Shown piece by piece: positions 25,785 through 37,984 of a stretch of DNA of 64,000 nucleotides. Where the stretch lies: assembly GCA_965229935.1 (NCBI GenBank), contig CBDDKB010000002.1:637213-701212 (forward strand), given 5' to 3'. Source of the DNA: Alphaproteobacteria bacterium (GTDB taxonomy: Bacteria > Pseudomonadota > Alphaproteobacteria > SPJN01). A program made the position numbers and the translations under genes. The notes below the pieces were generated by a model that had not been told where the DNA came from, ran no database searches, and was given only the letters and a program-made list of their open reading frames with translations. Numbering within the stretch: the stretch's first letter is position 1; the number at the start of each line of letters is the position of its first letter.

Positions 25785-26708
25785 ATGACAATTATGACCG
25801 ATGGACAGATAGCAAAACGAATTGATGGCAAGGTTTTTGCCCAGAATCTGCGCGATAGGCTTGCCAGTGCAGTAGCATCAACCAAGGAGCAGCATGGGTT
25901 TACACCTGGCCTTGCTGTTGTGCTGGTTGGTGATGATCCGGCCAGTGACATTTATGTGACGTCAAAGGGTAAACAAACCAAAGAAGTCGGCATGAATTCC
26001 TATGAATATCGGTTGCCCGATACCGCCTCGCAGGATGAGGTGCTGGCCTTGGTTGGTGAGTTGAATGCCAACCCGGATGTGCATGGCATTTTGGTGCAGT
26101 TCCCGGTACCTGACCAGATTTCGCAAGAAGCTGTGATATTGGCGATTGACCCTGAAAAGGATGTGGATGGTCTGCACCCGATTAATGCAGGGCGACTTGC
26201 CAGCGGCTTTGCAGCCATGGCGCCTTGTACGCCCCTTGGCACCTTGATGCTGGCGCGCGATCAATTTGGTGATCTGTCAGGTAAACATGCTGTCATTATC
26301 GGGCGGTCCAATTTGGTGGGCAAGCCCATCGCGCAATTATTGCTGCGAGAAAATTGCACTGTCACGATCGCCCATTCCCGCACCGTTGATCTGCCTGCAC
26401 TGTGCCGTCAGGCAGATATTTTGGTTGCAGCCGTTGGGCGTGACCGGATGGTTCGGGGGGATTGGGTCAAACCCGGTGCCCTTGTGCTTGATGTGGGGAT
26501 CAATCGTATACCGGCCCCTGAACGGGGGGAGGGGAAGACGCGTGTCGTCGGTGATGTCGCCTATGATGAGGCGGTAGAGGTTGCGAGTGCAATAACCCCG
26601 GTGCCCGGCGGGATCGGGCCGATGACAATTGCCTGTCTGTTGTGCAACACGCTGACGACATCATATCAGCTCCACGGGCTGGAACCTATTGCAGAATTTA
26701 CGATCTGA
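25785..26708 (+). CDS. folD: Bifunctional methylenetetrahydrofolate dehydrogenase/methenyl-THF cyclohydrolase.
   Basis: [43 protein letters not shown] and GRSNLVGKP motifs. Confidence 0.9.
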   Translation: MTIMTDGQIAKRIDGKVFAQNLRDRLASAVASTKEQHGFTPGLAVVLVGDDPASDIYVTSKGKQTKEVGMNSYEYRLPDTASQDEVLALVGELNANPDVHGILVQFPVPDQISQEAVILAIDPEKDVDGLHPINAGRLASGFAAMAPCTPLGTLMLARDQFGDLSGKHAVIIGRSNLVGKPIAQLLLRENCTVTIAHSRTVDLPALCRQADILVAAVGRDRMVRGDWVKPGALVLDVGINRIPAPERGEGKTRVVGDVAYDEAVEVASAITPVPGGIGPMTIACLLCNTLTTSYQLHGLEPIAEFTI

Positions 26709-27875
26709 TTGTCATTTATGACTGCGCCTGCCTATGACTATGCGGTTATCGGCGCCGGGATCGGCGGCGTGTCAATCGCCTATGAGTTGGCGCGCGCGGG
26801 CGCAACTGTTCTGATATTGGAGCAGGAGGAGCGCCCCGCATTTCACACGACTGGGCGGTCGGCTGCCATGTATGCGCGGGGCTATGGCAATCACGCCGTG
26901 CGTGCGCTGACAACGGCATCGCAGAACTTTTACTTTGACCCGGAGCCGGGATTTGATGCGAACCCGATGATCGGCCCAGCGGTTGGCTGCCTGTTTATTG
27001 CACGTGAAGACCAGCTTGACCGCCTGACGCAGCATGAGCGTGAGTTGCGGCAGGATATAGATGATGTCAGATGGCTCGATACACAGGCGGCATGTGCTAC
27101 GGTCCCTGTGCTGGATCCGGCCTATGTTGCTGCGGCTGTTTACGAGCCTTACTCAGCCAGCCTTGATGTTGCAGAAATTCATGGCAACTATTTGCGGCAG
27201 GCAAAAAAACATGGCGCTATGCTTGTCACGAATGCAGCACTTAAAAGTGCATCTTTTAACAGTGGTGAAGGCTGGCGCCTATCAGCCGGGGGCGAATGCT
27301 ATAAGGCAGCGAACCTTGTAAACGCCGCGGGCGCGTGGGCCGACCATGTCGCAAAAGTGGCTGGCGTGAAGTCTGTTGGCATTCAGCCCATGCGCCGTAC
27401 AGCGATGATATTCGACGCGCCTATTCTGGACGATATTGCTGACAAACCTTTGGCAGAATGGCCCTTATTGCTTGATGTGGATGACGCATTTTATTTCAAG
27501 CCTGAGGCTGGGAAAATTTTGGCCAGCCCATGCGATGAAACGCCGATGGAACCGCATGACGTTGCCCCCGATGAATTGGATGTTGCTATCTGTGCCGACA
27601 GGGTTATGGCCGCAACAAAGTTTGACATAAGGCACATCGGGCACAAGTGGGCCGGGCTGCGCAGCTTTGCGCCTGACCGGTCGCCGGTGATTGGGCCAGA
27701 CCCTGACAATGCTGCCTTTATTTGGATGGCGGGGCAGGGCGGATACGGCATCCAAATGGGGCCAGCCCTGGCGCGCGCTTGCGCCGGGCTTGCCCTTCAA
27801 GGTGTTGTGCCGCAGGACATATGTGATTGTGGGCTTGATCCACAGGCTGTACGCGCTGACCGCTTCCGCCTTTAG
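26709..27875 (+). CDS. FAD-dependent oxidoreductase (DAO family).
   Basis: Dinucleotide fold YDYAVIGAGIGGVSIAYELAR. The likely true start is ATG at 26718. Confidence 0.8.
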   Translation: MSFMTAPAYDYAVIGAGIGGVSIAYELARAGATVLILEQEERPAFHTTGRSAAMYARGYGNHAVRALTTASQNFYFDPEPGFDANPMIGPAVGCLFIAREDQLDRLTQHERELRQDIDDVRWLDTQAACATVPVLDPAYVAAAVYEPYSASLDVAEIHGNYLRQAKKHGAMLVTNAALKSASFNSGEGWRLSAGGECYKAANLVNAAGAWADHVAKVAGVKSVGIQPMRRTAMIFDAPILDDIADKPLAEWPLLLDVDDAFYFKPEAGKILASPCDETPMEPHDVAPDELDVAICADRVMAATKFDIRHIGHKWAGLRSFAPDRSPVIGPDPDNAAFIWMAGQGGYGIQMGPALARACAGLALQGVVPQDICDCGLDPQAVRADRFRL

Positions 27876-28591
27876 TCGGTCTGTTTTGCCTGATAAGATG
27901 CGAACAGGGCCGTGCGATGATCATCGGTTATAGGGGCATTGCCGACAACTTCCGGTCTGATTGTATCGACCTGATGAAACAAGCCTTCTGTGATAAAGGG
28001 CTGTTCTTCTAATCGCGCGAACCAATCTTCCATAAAGGGCAGGGGGCGGTCAGGTTCATACCGCATGCCGAACAGCTTCACCCATGGGTAGATGGCAAAG
28101 TCAGCGATGCTCATTTGATCGCCAGCAATAAAAGCCCGGTTTTCCAGTGTGTCGTTTAAAAGCGCGCGCAGGCGGTGCACCTCGCTCATATAACGGTCGA
28201 TGGCATATGGCACCTCTTCGGGGGCATACATCACGAAATGATGTAACTGGCCCATCATCGGGCCAAGATAGCTCATCTGCCACATGACCCATTTGATAGT
28301 CTCTGCCCGGATGGCTGGGTCGGATGAAAGATATTGCCCTGACTTTTCGGCAAGGTGGATCAATATGGCGCCCGATTCCCAAATCACCAGCGGTTTGCCA
28401 TCAAGCCCCGTATAGTCCTCATCAATCAACACAGGTACTTTTTTGTTTGGGCAAATTGAGACGAATTCGGGCTGGTTTTGGTCACCTGCAAGAATGTCGA
28501 TCTTGCGTGTTTCGAATTCTGCGTTGATTGCCTTCAACATGATTGTCACTTTTTGACAATTGGGGGTCGGGCAAAAATAGAGCGTTAGCAT
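27872..28591 (-). CDS. Glutathione S-transferase family protein.
   Basis: MLTLYFCPTPNCQKVTIMLK...KVPVLIDE...ESGAILIHLAEK is a thioredoxin-like GST N-domain. Start at 28591; the track ORF extends further upstream without support. Confidence 0.8.
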   Translation of the reverse strand: MLTLYFCPTPNCQKVTIMLKAINAEFETRKIDILAGDQNQPEFVSICPNKKVPVLIDEDYTGLDGKPLVIWESGAILIHLAEKSGQYLSSDPAIRAETIKWVMWQMSYLGPMMGQLHHFVMYAPEEVPYAIDRYMSEVHRLRALLNDTLENRAFIAGDQMSIADFAIYPWVKLFGMRYEPDRPLPFMEDWFARLEEQPFITEGLFHQVDTIRPEVVGNAPITDDHRTALFASYQAKQTD

Positions 28592-28766
28592 GGTTAAGCC
28601 TTTTAGAAATTGTGGAAAATTGCGCGTCCGTGCAATTCGGCACAGTTTTGCCAGATTTTCCAGTACAAAGATCACAATAATGTGTGACGGGATTGAGTTT
28701 GCGATTGATGTTCGTCATGCTTATCCGAAACGTCGCTATTGAAACCCATGTAGCTCAACAGGGGAG

Positions 28767-29342
28767 ATGGACATGAAGGCCAATGGATCAAAACTGTTCG
28801 GTATCGCCGCAATGATTGCGGGTCTCAGCGCCTGTGCTGCTACAACTGATCAGACGGAAACAGCTGACGAGGTTAAGGCGCGCGAAACCATGGCGGTTGA
28901 GGCGGCCCGCAAACCGTCTGACCGGGGCACGGCGGGCCAGCCCAAATTCCAAACTGCTGAGGAGCGTGAGGCACTGCAGCGTACATTGACAGCTTGTATT
29001 GCCTCTGTTGATGCGGAACTTGCGGCACTGCCTGCTGAAACCCCATTGGCTGACCGTGAAGCTGTATTGCAAAAACAGCGTGAACTGGCAAAGTTGAGAA
29101 GCCATTATGCAGCGATAGATGCGCGTCGCCGGGCCAATATAGACCGCCTACAGGATCGCAATGCATCTTTCGGTGCGCCTTTCAGTGACCCAGCTTTAAA
29201 CAGCCGGGCTGGTCTCGTGGCGCATTACGGCCCCTATGCCGAAAATGAGTCGACGCAGTTACCGGGCGTGCCATCCTATTGCCTGACAACTATCGCGCCG
29301 GAAGCTGCCCCGGAGAATGAGCAGACGCCAGAAAGCAATTAG
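28767..29342 (+). CDS. Hypothetical lipoprotein.
   Basis: Lipobox IAGLSAC after a hydrophobic signal peptide. No recognisable domain. Confidence 0.5.
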   Translation: MDMKANGSKLFGIAAMIAGLSACAATTDQTETADEVKARETMAVEAARKPSDRGTAGQPKFQTAEEREALQRTLTACIASVDAELAALPAETPLADREAVLQKQRELAKLRSHYAAIDARRRANIDRLQDRNASFGAPFSDPALNSRAGLVAHYGPYAENESTQLPGVPSYCLTTIAPEAAPENEQTPESN

Positions 29343-30604
29343 GTGCTCTTCATCTCTTCATAGCGGGCAAGCGCTTGGGCGCGGCTGGCTTTAAGGTCAA
29401 CTAATGGGGCGGTCTGTCTGGTCCGCCAGTTGGGGCCAAGCCAGCGAGAGCGGTAAATGCCCTCGGGGTCAAATTTTTTGGCCTGCGTGTCAGGGTTGAA
29501 TATCCTGAAATAGGGGGCAGCATCCGTGCCGCAACCTGCCACCCATTGCCATCCCAAACTATTGTTGGCAGTGTCTGCATCAACCAGCGTATGCATAAAC
29601 CAGCTTGCACCCATCCGCCAATCAATGCCCAGATTTTTGGTTAGATAGGATGCGGCAATCATCCGTGCGCGATTATGCATTGTGCCGCTTCGCCATAATT
29701 CCTGCATGGCCGCGTCAACCAAATCTTGTCCGGTTTCGCCCGTTCGCCATTTGTCAAAATCAGCTTGAGCCGCATCGTCATCGCGCCAAGGGAACTTCGC
29801 GTATGACTGGTTCATCGGCTGGTTCTGTGTATGGGGAAAATGATGCAAAACATGCGCCGCAAATTCACGCCACGCCAATTGCCTGATAAAGCTTTCCGAT
29901 GCTGCACTGTCAGGGTCTGCCATGCGGCAAGCATAAATGATTTGTCTGGGAGTGATCTCACCATGGTGTAGCGAGGGCGACAGGCGGGAGGTGGCAGTGC
30001 AATCCAACATATCGCGCCCGGCTTTATATCCTGTCAAACTATGATCCAAAAAGTCTGTAAGCTGATCCTGCGCTCCCGCCTCACCGGGTTGACCGTTCCA
30101 ATGGGTGTTGAGAGAGTTTGTCCATTTGGGTTCTGGCGCAACGAGGTCATGCCCATACCCTTGCAGTTTGTTTGCGGGCATGAACTTTGTCTGTGATGGG
30201 GCGGGTAAAGGGGCCTGAAGCGCTTCCTCGACAGCAGATCGCCATTGTTTGTAAAAGGGGGTGAAAACGCGATAGGGATTGCCATCTGGCTTGATAATGC
30301 TGCCGGACGCGCAGACCAAATTTTCAGATGTTCCTTCGATTATCTTGTCGGCAGAAAGTGCCTTTGCCAAATCGGCAAGCTCGCCCTCCTGCGCGATCAC
30401 AAGCCGTGATCCAATGGCGACCAATTGAGCGGCAAGGGCCTTAAGGCTTTGACCCCGCCACCAATCTGATGCTGAACAGCGGGTGAGGGGCGCAGGCGCG
30501 ATTGCCACCGGAATAATCTGATCAGCCGCACTACATGCCGCTGTCAGACCCTGATTGTCTGACAGCCTTAAATCATCCCGAAATATGTATATGGCGCGTT
30601 GCAC
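29339..30604 (-). CDS. phrB: Deoxyribodipyrimidine photolyase / cryptochrome family protein (compact, 421 aa).
   Basis: IYIFRDDLRLSDNQGL N-terminus. FAD-binding C-terminal motifs WREFA, TGxxLVDA, MHNRARM, SWQWVAG-like (LGWQWVAGCG) and PYFRIFNP. Confidence 0.85.
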   Translation of the reverse strand: MQRAIYIFRDDLRLSDNQGLTAACSAADQIIPVAIAPAPLTRCSASDWWRGQSLKALAAQLVAIGSRLVIAQEGELADLAKALSADKIIEGTSENLVCASGSIIKPDGNPYRVFTPFYKQWRSAVEEALQAPLPAPSQTKFMPANKLQGYGHDLVAPEPKWTNSLNTHWNGQPGEAGAQDQLTDFLDHSLTGYKAGRDMLDCTATSRLSPSLHHGEITPRQIIYACRMADPDSAASESFIRQLAWREFAAHVLHHFPHTQNQPMNQSYAKFPWRDDDAAQADFDKWRTGETGQDLVDAAMQELWRSGTMHNRARMIAASYLTKNLGIDWRMGASWFMHTLVDADTANNSLGWQWVAGCGTDAAPYFRIFNPDTQAKKFDPEGIYRSRWLGPNWRTRQTAPLVDLKASRAQALARYEEMKST

Positions 30605-30741
30605 AATAATCCCTCTTCATTTTAGGGTTTTACGGTTTTCAGGGATGATTGGATCAAGAATGATTTGTCATGGACTGAATTATAGGTAGACTGATTTCCG
30701 AAGAGTAACACTGGGCGGCAGCATCGCTGACCAGCCCACAT

Positions 30742-32181
30742 TTGAAAGGAAATCGCGTGTCTGAGGCTTCGGACGCGGCCCCGCAAGAGGGACGCCGCCG
30801 ACGCCGTAGACGCCGCGGAGGACGCCGCCGCAGGAAATCATCAGCCGCGCAGTCGGGCGAGGACGCACAACAGGCACAAAATGCCGATGTGCAGAACCCA
30901 CAAAGCCCCGAAAATGCAACGGCACAGGATGATAGCGGTGCGCAGGGCCAACAAACCCGCGAGGGGGGCCTTAAGGAGGAATCCCGTCCGCCGCAGGGTC
31001 GCAACCGACCCGGTAGGCCACAGGGTCAGGCGCACAAGAATAAGCGTCGATCAGGCCAAAAGCCGGGCCAGGGTAGCGGGCCACGATCAAAGCGCAAGAA
31101 CCGCTTTGATCATGTCTATGGGGTCATCGACCTGGGAACCAATAATTGCCGCCTTTTGGTTGCTGAACCGGAAGGCGACGGTTTCCGTGTGGTTGATGCT
31201 TTTTCTCGCATTGTCCGCTTAGGCGAAGGGTTGGGCCAGACCGGGCGCCTGTCTGACGAGGCGATGGACCGCGCGATCGACGCCCTCAAAATCTGTGCTG
31301 ACAAGATGCGTCGACGGCGCGTGACACGATCATGGTCAATTGCGACGCAGGCATGCCGCCTTGCCGACAATGGTCAGGCCTTTCGTGACCGTGTGAAGCG
31401 GGAAACGGGGCTGGCGCTTGAGATTATCAGTCCCGGTCAGGAAGCAAAGCTGGCTGTGTCAGGCTGTTTGCCATTGATCGACAAGGATGTAGATCGCGCC
31501 ATTGTGTTTGATATTGGTGGCGGGTCGACTGAAATGATTTGGCTGGATGTGTCGTCAATGCCGCCTAAGATCATCGATTGGACTTCGCTCGATATCGGTG
31601 TGGTTACCTTGGCTGAGGCTTTTGGCGGTCATGATGTCACCATGGCTGACTATGATCGTATGGTCGCCGATGTAGAGGGGCGCATGGCCCCCTTCGCAGA
31701 AAAATATGCTGCGGTTGATGGTGGGGCCGATGTACCCCTGTCGCGTATTCAGGTTCTGGGAACGTCGGGTACGGTGACGACTTTGGCGGGGATATATCTT
31801 GGCTTGCCGCGCTATGATCGGGCCAAGGTTGATGGGCTTTGGATGAAGCGCGAGGATGTCTTGCTGATTTCCCATAAGCTTGCAAAAATGACCTATGAGC
31901 AACGCGTGGCCCAGCCTTGTATTGGGAAAGAACGTGGCGATCTTGTTGTGGCAGGCTGTGCCATTCTAGAAGCGATCAGCGATGCTTGGCCGCATGAAAA
32001 AATGCGCGTTGCAGACAGGGGGCTGCGAGAGGGTATGCTGCTGCAGCTAATGGAAGATGCAGACAGGCCGAAAGGCCCGCGCGGATCGCGGCGCAATCGC
32101 GGCCATCGCAACAGGCGGCGACGCAGGTCTGATGCACGACAAAATAACCGTGGCGGGGCGCCGTCACAAAAGGCTGAATGA
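30742..32181 (+). CDS. ppx: Ppx/GppA-family phosphatase with Arg-rich N- and C-terminal extensions.
   Basis: Core YGVIDLGTNNCRLLVAEP...IVRLGEGL...DIGGGSTE. The likely start is GTG at 30757, 8 nt after AAGGA. Tails include RRRRRRRRGGRRRRK and RRNRGHRNRRRRR. Confidence 0.8.
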   Translation: MKGNRVSEASDAAPQEGRRRRRRRRGGRRRRKSSAAQSGEDAQQAQNADVQNPQSPENATAQDDSGAQGQQTREGGLKEESRPPQGRNRPGRPQGQAHKNKRRSGQKPGQGSGPRSKRKNRFDHVYGVIDLGTNNCRLLVAEPEGDGFRVVDAFSRIVRLGEGLGQTGRLSDEAMDRAIDALKICADKMRRRRVTRSWSIATQACRLADNGQAFRDRVKRETGLALEIISPGQEAKLAVSGCLPLIDKDVDRAIVFDIGGGSTEMIWLDVSSMPPKIIDWTSLDIGVVTLAEAFGGHDVTMADYDRMVADVEGRMAPFAEKYAAVDGGADVPLSRIQVLGTSGTVTTLAGIYLGLPRYDRAKVDGLWMKREDVLLISHKLAKMTYEQRVAQPCIGKERGDLVVAGCAILEAISDAWPHEKMRVADRGLREGMLLQLMEDADRPKGPRGSRRNRGHRNRRRRRSDARQNNRGGAPSQKAE

Positions 32182-32912
32182 TGACCAAAGGTGGCTCAAA
32201 TAAAGGTGGTGGTGGCCGTGGCGGCAAAGCGAAAGGCACGTCAGGGCGTGGCGAACGCGCGCTGAAAGTTCGGGTCAAAACTGCCAAGGGGCGCAGACTG
32301 TCGTCAACGCGCTGGCTTGAACGGCAGTTGAACGACCCTTATGTGCAACGCGCCAAGGCCGAAGGCTATCGTTCTCGCGCAGCCTATAAACTGCTGGAAA
32401 TGGATGAAAAGCACGGCTTTTTGCAGCGGGGCCAGACGGTGATTGATTTGGGGGCAGCGCCCGGCGGGTGGTGTCAGGTTGCCAAGAAAAAGGTTGGCCC
32501 GGAAGGCAAGGTCATCGGCATCGATATTCAGGAGGTAGAGTCGATCCCTGATGTTGATCTGATTTGTCTTGATTTCATGGATGACACGGCCCCGGATGTG
32601 TTAAAAAAAATGGCTGGTGGTCCCGTTGATGTGGTGATGTCAGATATGGCGGCCTTTGCAACCGGGCACAAACAAACTGACCATTTGCGCATCATGTCGT
32701 TGTGCGAGGCAGCGCTTTATTTCGCGGTTGAGGTGTTGAGCCCAGATGGCTCATTCTTCTGTAAGATATTGCAAGGCGGGGCAGATCATGACCTGTTGAC
32801 CATGTTGAAGCAGAACTTCAAAACGGTGAAGCATGTGAAGCCTGCTGCGTCCCGTGCCGATTCGGCAGAAATGTATCTAGTTGCCCAAGGCTTTAAAGGT
32901 GGCAGCCATTAA
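32178..32912 (+). CDS. rlmE: 23S rRNA (uridine2552-2'-O)-methyltransferase RlmE/FtsJ.
   Basis: SSTRWLERQLNDPYV...YRSRAAYKLLE...DLGAAPGGW SAM motif. ATGA overlap with ppx. Confidence 0.9.
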   Translation: MMTKGGSNKGGGGRGGKAKGTSGRGERALKVRVKTAKGRRLSSTRWLERQLNDPYVQRAKAEGYRSRAAYKLLEMDEKHGFLQRGQTVIDLGAAPGGWCQVAKKKVGPEGKVIGIDIQEVESIPDVDLICLDFMDDTAPDVLKKMAGGPVDVVMSDMAAFATGHKQTDHLRIMSLCEAALYFAVEVLSPDGSFFCKILQGGADHDLLTMLKQNFKTVKHVKPAASRADSAEMYLVAQGFKGGSH

Positions 32913-32981
32913 TTGGCGGATTGCCGCATCGGTAGGAAAGCCGCCGCCACGCAGTTGACATCCTAAAGAATCGTGGCATAG

Positions 32982-34478
<1,497 letters not shown>

Positions 34479-34489
34479 GTGGGTAGTCG

Positions 34490-35737
34490 ATGACCCCGCA
34501 AGCCCGCATCGCGGCAGCCATTTCCATTTTGGACCAGCTTAGTGTCGAATCGACACCGGTTGACCGCGCGTTGAAGTCTTGGGCGCGGACAAACCGCTAT
34601 GCCGGATCCAAAGACCGCCGCGCCATTGCCGACCATGTGTATCACGCAATCCGCCATGCCCATCAGGCCGCGTCCCTGATGGCAACAGATGTGACCGATG
34701 GCCGGTCTGTCATGCTGGGCAGTTTGGTCATTGACGGTCAAAGCGCTGATCAAATCGCCGCCCTGTTTGATGGCGGGAAATTCGGCCCTGATGAGCTGAC
34801 GAGCCGTGAGCGTGACGTGCTGGAGCAGGGGCGGACAAGTGACTTACTGACAGGCCTGCCTGACGAGATTAAGGCTGCGCTAACACTGCGTGCAGCGGGG
34901 CAGGAACAGGCTGCAATGGCTGCCTTGCTTGACCGGGCACCGCTCGATATTCGTATCAATACGCTCTCAGGAAAGTCTGATAAGGCATTGTCTTTGTTGG
35001 AAAACGATGGACTGTCGAGCGAGGTGGTTGCTGGCCTTCCAAGCGCGCTGCGATTGAATGAGGCACCGCGCCTGAAGGACAGCGAGACCTATAAATCCGG
35101 CCTTATTGAGATACAGGATGCAGGCAGCCAAATTGCCTCAACACTGGTCCCTGCCAAGGTGGGTGAGGCAGTGGTTGACTATTGCGCTGGGGGCGGCGGC
35201 AAGTCGTTGGCAATTGCGGCGATGTTGGATGGTAAGGGGCAAGTTTTTGCCCATGACATTGCGCCCAAACGGTTGGAAAGTTTGGCGCGGCGTGCTGAAC
35301 GGGCGAAGGCGCGCAATATCCAGATTTTCGCCGATACGGATAAGCTGCGGTCTCAAATTAATGAGATGAAGGGCGCAGATCATGTCGTTTTGGATGTGCC
35401 TTGCTCAGGCAGTGGGGCATGGCGGCGCAATCCTGAGACCTTGTGGCGGTTTTCGTCGGAACGTTTGGCAGAGCTTTCGGCTACCCAGCGGCAAATTTTG
35501 AGCGAGGCGGCCCCCTTGGTAAAAGCTGGGGGCGCGCTGACCTATATCACCTGTTCGTTTTTGCCCGATGAGAATGAACAGTCGATTGACTGGTTTTTGG
35601 CAGAAAACCCTGACTTTACGATCGAGGCGCTGGAAGGGGATTGGCCGCAAGGGCAGATTCCCGGCACAGTGCAGTTGATGCCGCACCTGACCCAAACAGA
35701 CGGGTTCTTTATAGCGCGCCTGCGGCGGGCGTGTTAG
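34490..35737 (+). CDS. RsmB/Sun-family (NOL1/NOP2) rRNA cytosine-C5 methyltransferase.
   Basis: SAM motif DYCAGGGGKS and catalytic Cys motifs DVPCSGSGAWRRNPE and YITCS. Confidence 0.8.
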   Translation: MTPQARIAAAISILDQLSVESTPVDRALKSWARTNRYAGSKDRRAIADHVYHAIRHAHQAASLMATDVTDGRSVMLGSLVIDGQSADQIAALFDGGKFGPDELTSRERDVLEQGRTSDLLTGLPDEIKAALTLRAAGQEQAAMAALLDRAPLDIRINTLSGKSDKALSLLENDGLSSEVVAGLPSALRLNEAPRLKDSETYKSGLIEIQDAGSQIASTLVPAKVGEAVVDYCAGGGGKSLAIAAMLDGKGQVFAHDIAPKRLESLARRAERAKARNIQIFADTDKLRSQINEMKGADHVVLDVPCSGSGAWRRNPETLWRFSSERLAELSATQRQILSEAAPLVKAGGALTYITCSFLPDENEQSIDWFLAENPDFTIEALEGDWPQGQIPGTVQLMPHLTQTDGFFIARLRRAC

Positions 35738-35759
35738 CAAAGGGCAGGAGGAAACCGAC

Positions 35760-36293
35760 ATGATCAGACGCGCAGGTCTTTGCTTTGGCTTAATTATATC
35801 CCTAGTGAGCATTGGAGTTATTGGCGGCAGTTTTGCCACCCCTGCCGTGGCGCAGGATGCCAGCGCGGAAGATGATCGGCTTGGCCTCGTTTCCTATTGG
35901 CTTGATCGGGGCAACATGGCGCTTGAGGCTGAAGAGCTGGACCAGGCGCGTATGGCCTATGAACGGGCAATGCTTGCGGACCCGCGCCAATCGGCAACCC
36001 ATGCTAATTTGGGGCGGGCCCACCTTGCGATGGGCAACGGCACGGCAGCGGCGAAATATTTGCGCACCGCGCTTGATATCGACCCGCAAAATCTGGATGC
36101 GCTTCATTGGGCAGGACTTGTTGATCTGTTGCGTGATGATGTTGACGCCGCCAAAAAACGCAGGGACAAACTTTTGACCTTGTGCTCATCCGACTGCCAG
36201 CAATATCGCGCCTTATCAAAGGCTGTAAAAGACTATGCCGATGCCAAGGTTGAGGAAGAGGCGGCGGCTCTTGCCTCAGACCCCAGCAATTAA
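35760..36293 (+). CDS. Secreted TPR-repeat protein.
   Basis: Signal peptide and TPR-like A/L/Y periodicity (ARMAYERAMLADP...AAAKYLRTALDIDPQN). Confidence 0.6.
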   Translation: MIRRAGLCFGLIISLVSIGVIGGSFATPAVAQDASAEDDRLGLVSYWLDRGNMALEAEELDQARMAYERAMLADPRQSATHANLGRAHLAMGNGTAAAKYLRTALDIDPQNLDALHWAGLVDLLRDDVDAAKKRRDKLLTLCSSDCQQYRALSKAVKDYADAKVEEEAAALASDPSN

Positions 36294-36331
36294 GGCGATC
36301 AATTCGTTAGTTCAAATTCACGTAAAGACAT

Positions 36332-37879
36332 ATGACAGACAGAATTCTTATTATTGATTTCGGATCGCAGGTGACCCAATTGATTGCGCGCCGGGTCCGT
36401 GAATCAGGCGTTTATTGCGAAATTGTGCCTTTCAACAATGCTGAACAGGCGCTGGACAGTTTTGGGCCTAAAGCAATTATCCTGTCAGGTGGCCCGGCCA
36501 GCGTGACCCATGCCGATACACCGCGTGCCCCTGAAAAAGTGTTTGAGATGGGCGTCCCGGTTTTGGGCATTTGTTATGGCGAACAAACTTTGGTCAGCCA
36601 ATTGGGTGGCCGGGTTGAAAATGCCGATCATCGTGAATTTGGCCGCGCCCATATTGAAATTATTGACGATTGTCTGTTGTTTGATGGCTTGTGGTCAAAG
36701 GGTGATACCCAACAAGTATGGATGAGCCATGGTGATCGCGTCATAGATATTCCTGACGGGTTCCGCCCAGTTGCTGTCACGCAATCTGCCCCCTTTGCGG
36801 CCATTGCGAATGACGAGAAACGCTTTTACGGCGTGCAGTTCCATCCCGAAGTTGTTCACACTTTGGAAGGGGCCAAACTGCTCAACAACTTCACGCACAA
36901 GGTTGCTGGCTGTTCGGGCGACTGGACCATGGCGGCATTCCGCGACACTGAAATTGCTCGCATTCGTGAACAGGTCGGCGATGGCAAAGTTATTTGCGGC
37001 CTGTCCGGCGGTGTTGATTCTGCAGTGACTGCTGTGCTGATCCATGAAGCGATTGGCGATCAACTGACTTGTGTTTTTGTCGATACAGGTTTGCTGCGCG
37101 CAGGCGAGGCAGAACAGGTCGTCAGCCTATTCAAGGAACATTACAATATTCCGCTGATCCACGTGGATGCTGAAGAAACCTTTATGGGGCAGCTTGAGGG
37201 CGTTTCCGACCCTGAAAAGAAGCGCAAGATTATCGGCGCAGCCTTTATCGACATTTTCGATGAAGAGGCCGGTAAGGTTGAAGGCGCAGAATTCTTGGCC
37301 CAAGGCACGCTTTATCCCGATGTGATCGAAAGCGTGTCATTCACTGGCGGCCCGTCAGTCACGATCAAGTCACACCATAATGTTGGCGGTTTGCCCGAAC
37401 GGATGAACCTTAATTTGGTTGAACCCTTGCGTGAGCTGTTTAAGGACGAAGTGCGCGAATTAGGGCGCGAACTTGGCCTGCCTGAAGTGTTTGTGGGCCG
37501 CCATCCATTCCCCGGTCCGGGACTTGCGATACGTATTCCGGGCGAGGTGTCGAAGGAAAAGGCCGATATCCTCCGTCAGGCGGATGCCATTTACCTTGAC
37601 GAAATTCGGAATGAGGGGCTGTACGATGAAATCTGGCAGGCCTTTGCCGTTTTGCTGCCCGTGCGCACCGTCGGGGTGATGGGCGATGAACGGTCCTATG
37701 ATTATGTGTGTGCTTTGCGGGCTGTCACCAGTACCGATGGCATGACCGCTGATTTTTACCCGTTTGAAATGGATTTTCTGGGCCGTGTTGCGACGCGTAT
37801 CATCAATCAGGTTAAGGGCATTAACCGTGTGACCTATGATATTACGTCAAAACCTCCCGGAACGATTGAGTGGGAATAG
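36332..37879 (+). CDS. guaA: GMP synthase (glutamine-hydrolysing).
   Basis: GATase ILIIDFGSQ...GICYG, PP-loop GLSGGVDS and C-terminal [11 protein letters not shown]. Confidence 0.95.
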   Translation: MTDRILIIDFGSQVTQLIARRVRESGVYCEIVPFNNAEQALDSFGPKAIILSGGPASVTHADTPRAPEKVFEMGVPVLGICYGEQTLVSQLGGRVENADHREFGRAHIEIIDDCLLFDGLWSKGDTQQVWMSHGDRVIDIPDGFRPVAVTQSAPFAAIANDEKRFYGVQFHPEVVHTLEGAKLLNNFTHKVAGCSGDWTMAAFRDTEIARIREQVGDGKVICGLSGGVDSAVTAVLIHEAIGDQLTCVFVDTGLLRAGEAEQVVSLFKEHYNIPLIHVDAEETFMGQLEGVSDPEKKRKIIGAAFIDIFDEEAGKVEGAEFLAQGTLYPDVIESVSFTGGPSVTIKSHHNVGGLPERMNLNLVEPLRELFKDEVRELGRELGLPEVFVGRHPFPGPGLAIRIPGEVSKEKADILRQADAIYLDEIRNEGLYDEIWQAFAVLLPVRTVGVMGDERSYDYVCALRAVTSTDGMTADFYPFEMDFLGRVATRIINQVKGINRVTYDITSKPPGTIEWE

Positions 37880-37984
37880 GGCACCAAACCATCACCCTTT
37901 GGCGGGATATTTTTCGCTAAGGGGTTGAGAATTTGCTCTTTCACCCCCACATTAATGCCGAAAGTTGTTCGGTGGTGTCGTTGA

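Noticed and set aside
30654-31004. Minus-strand 116 aa Cys/Arg/Ala-rich ORF upstream of and overlapping ppx.
   Set aside because: It is antisense to the Arg-codon-rich (CGN/GCG) 5' part of ppx. It is a compositional artefact with no start context.
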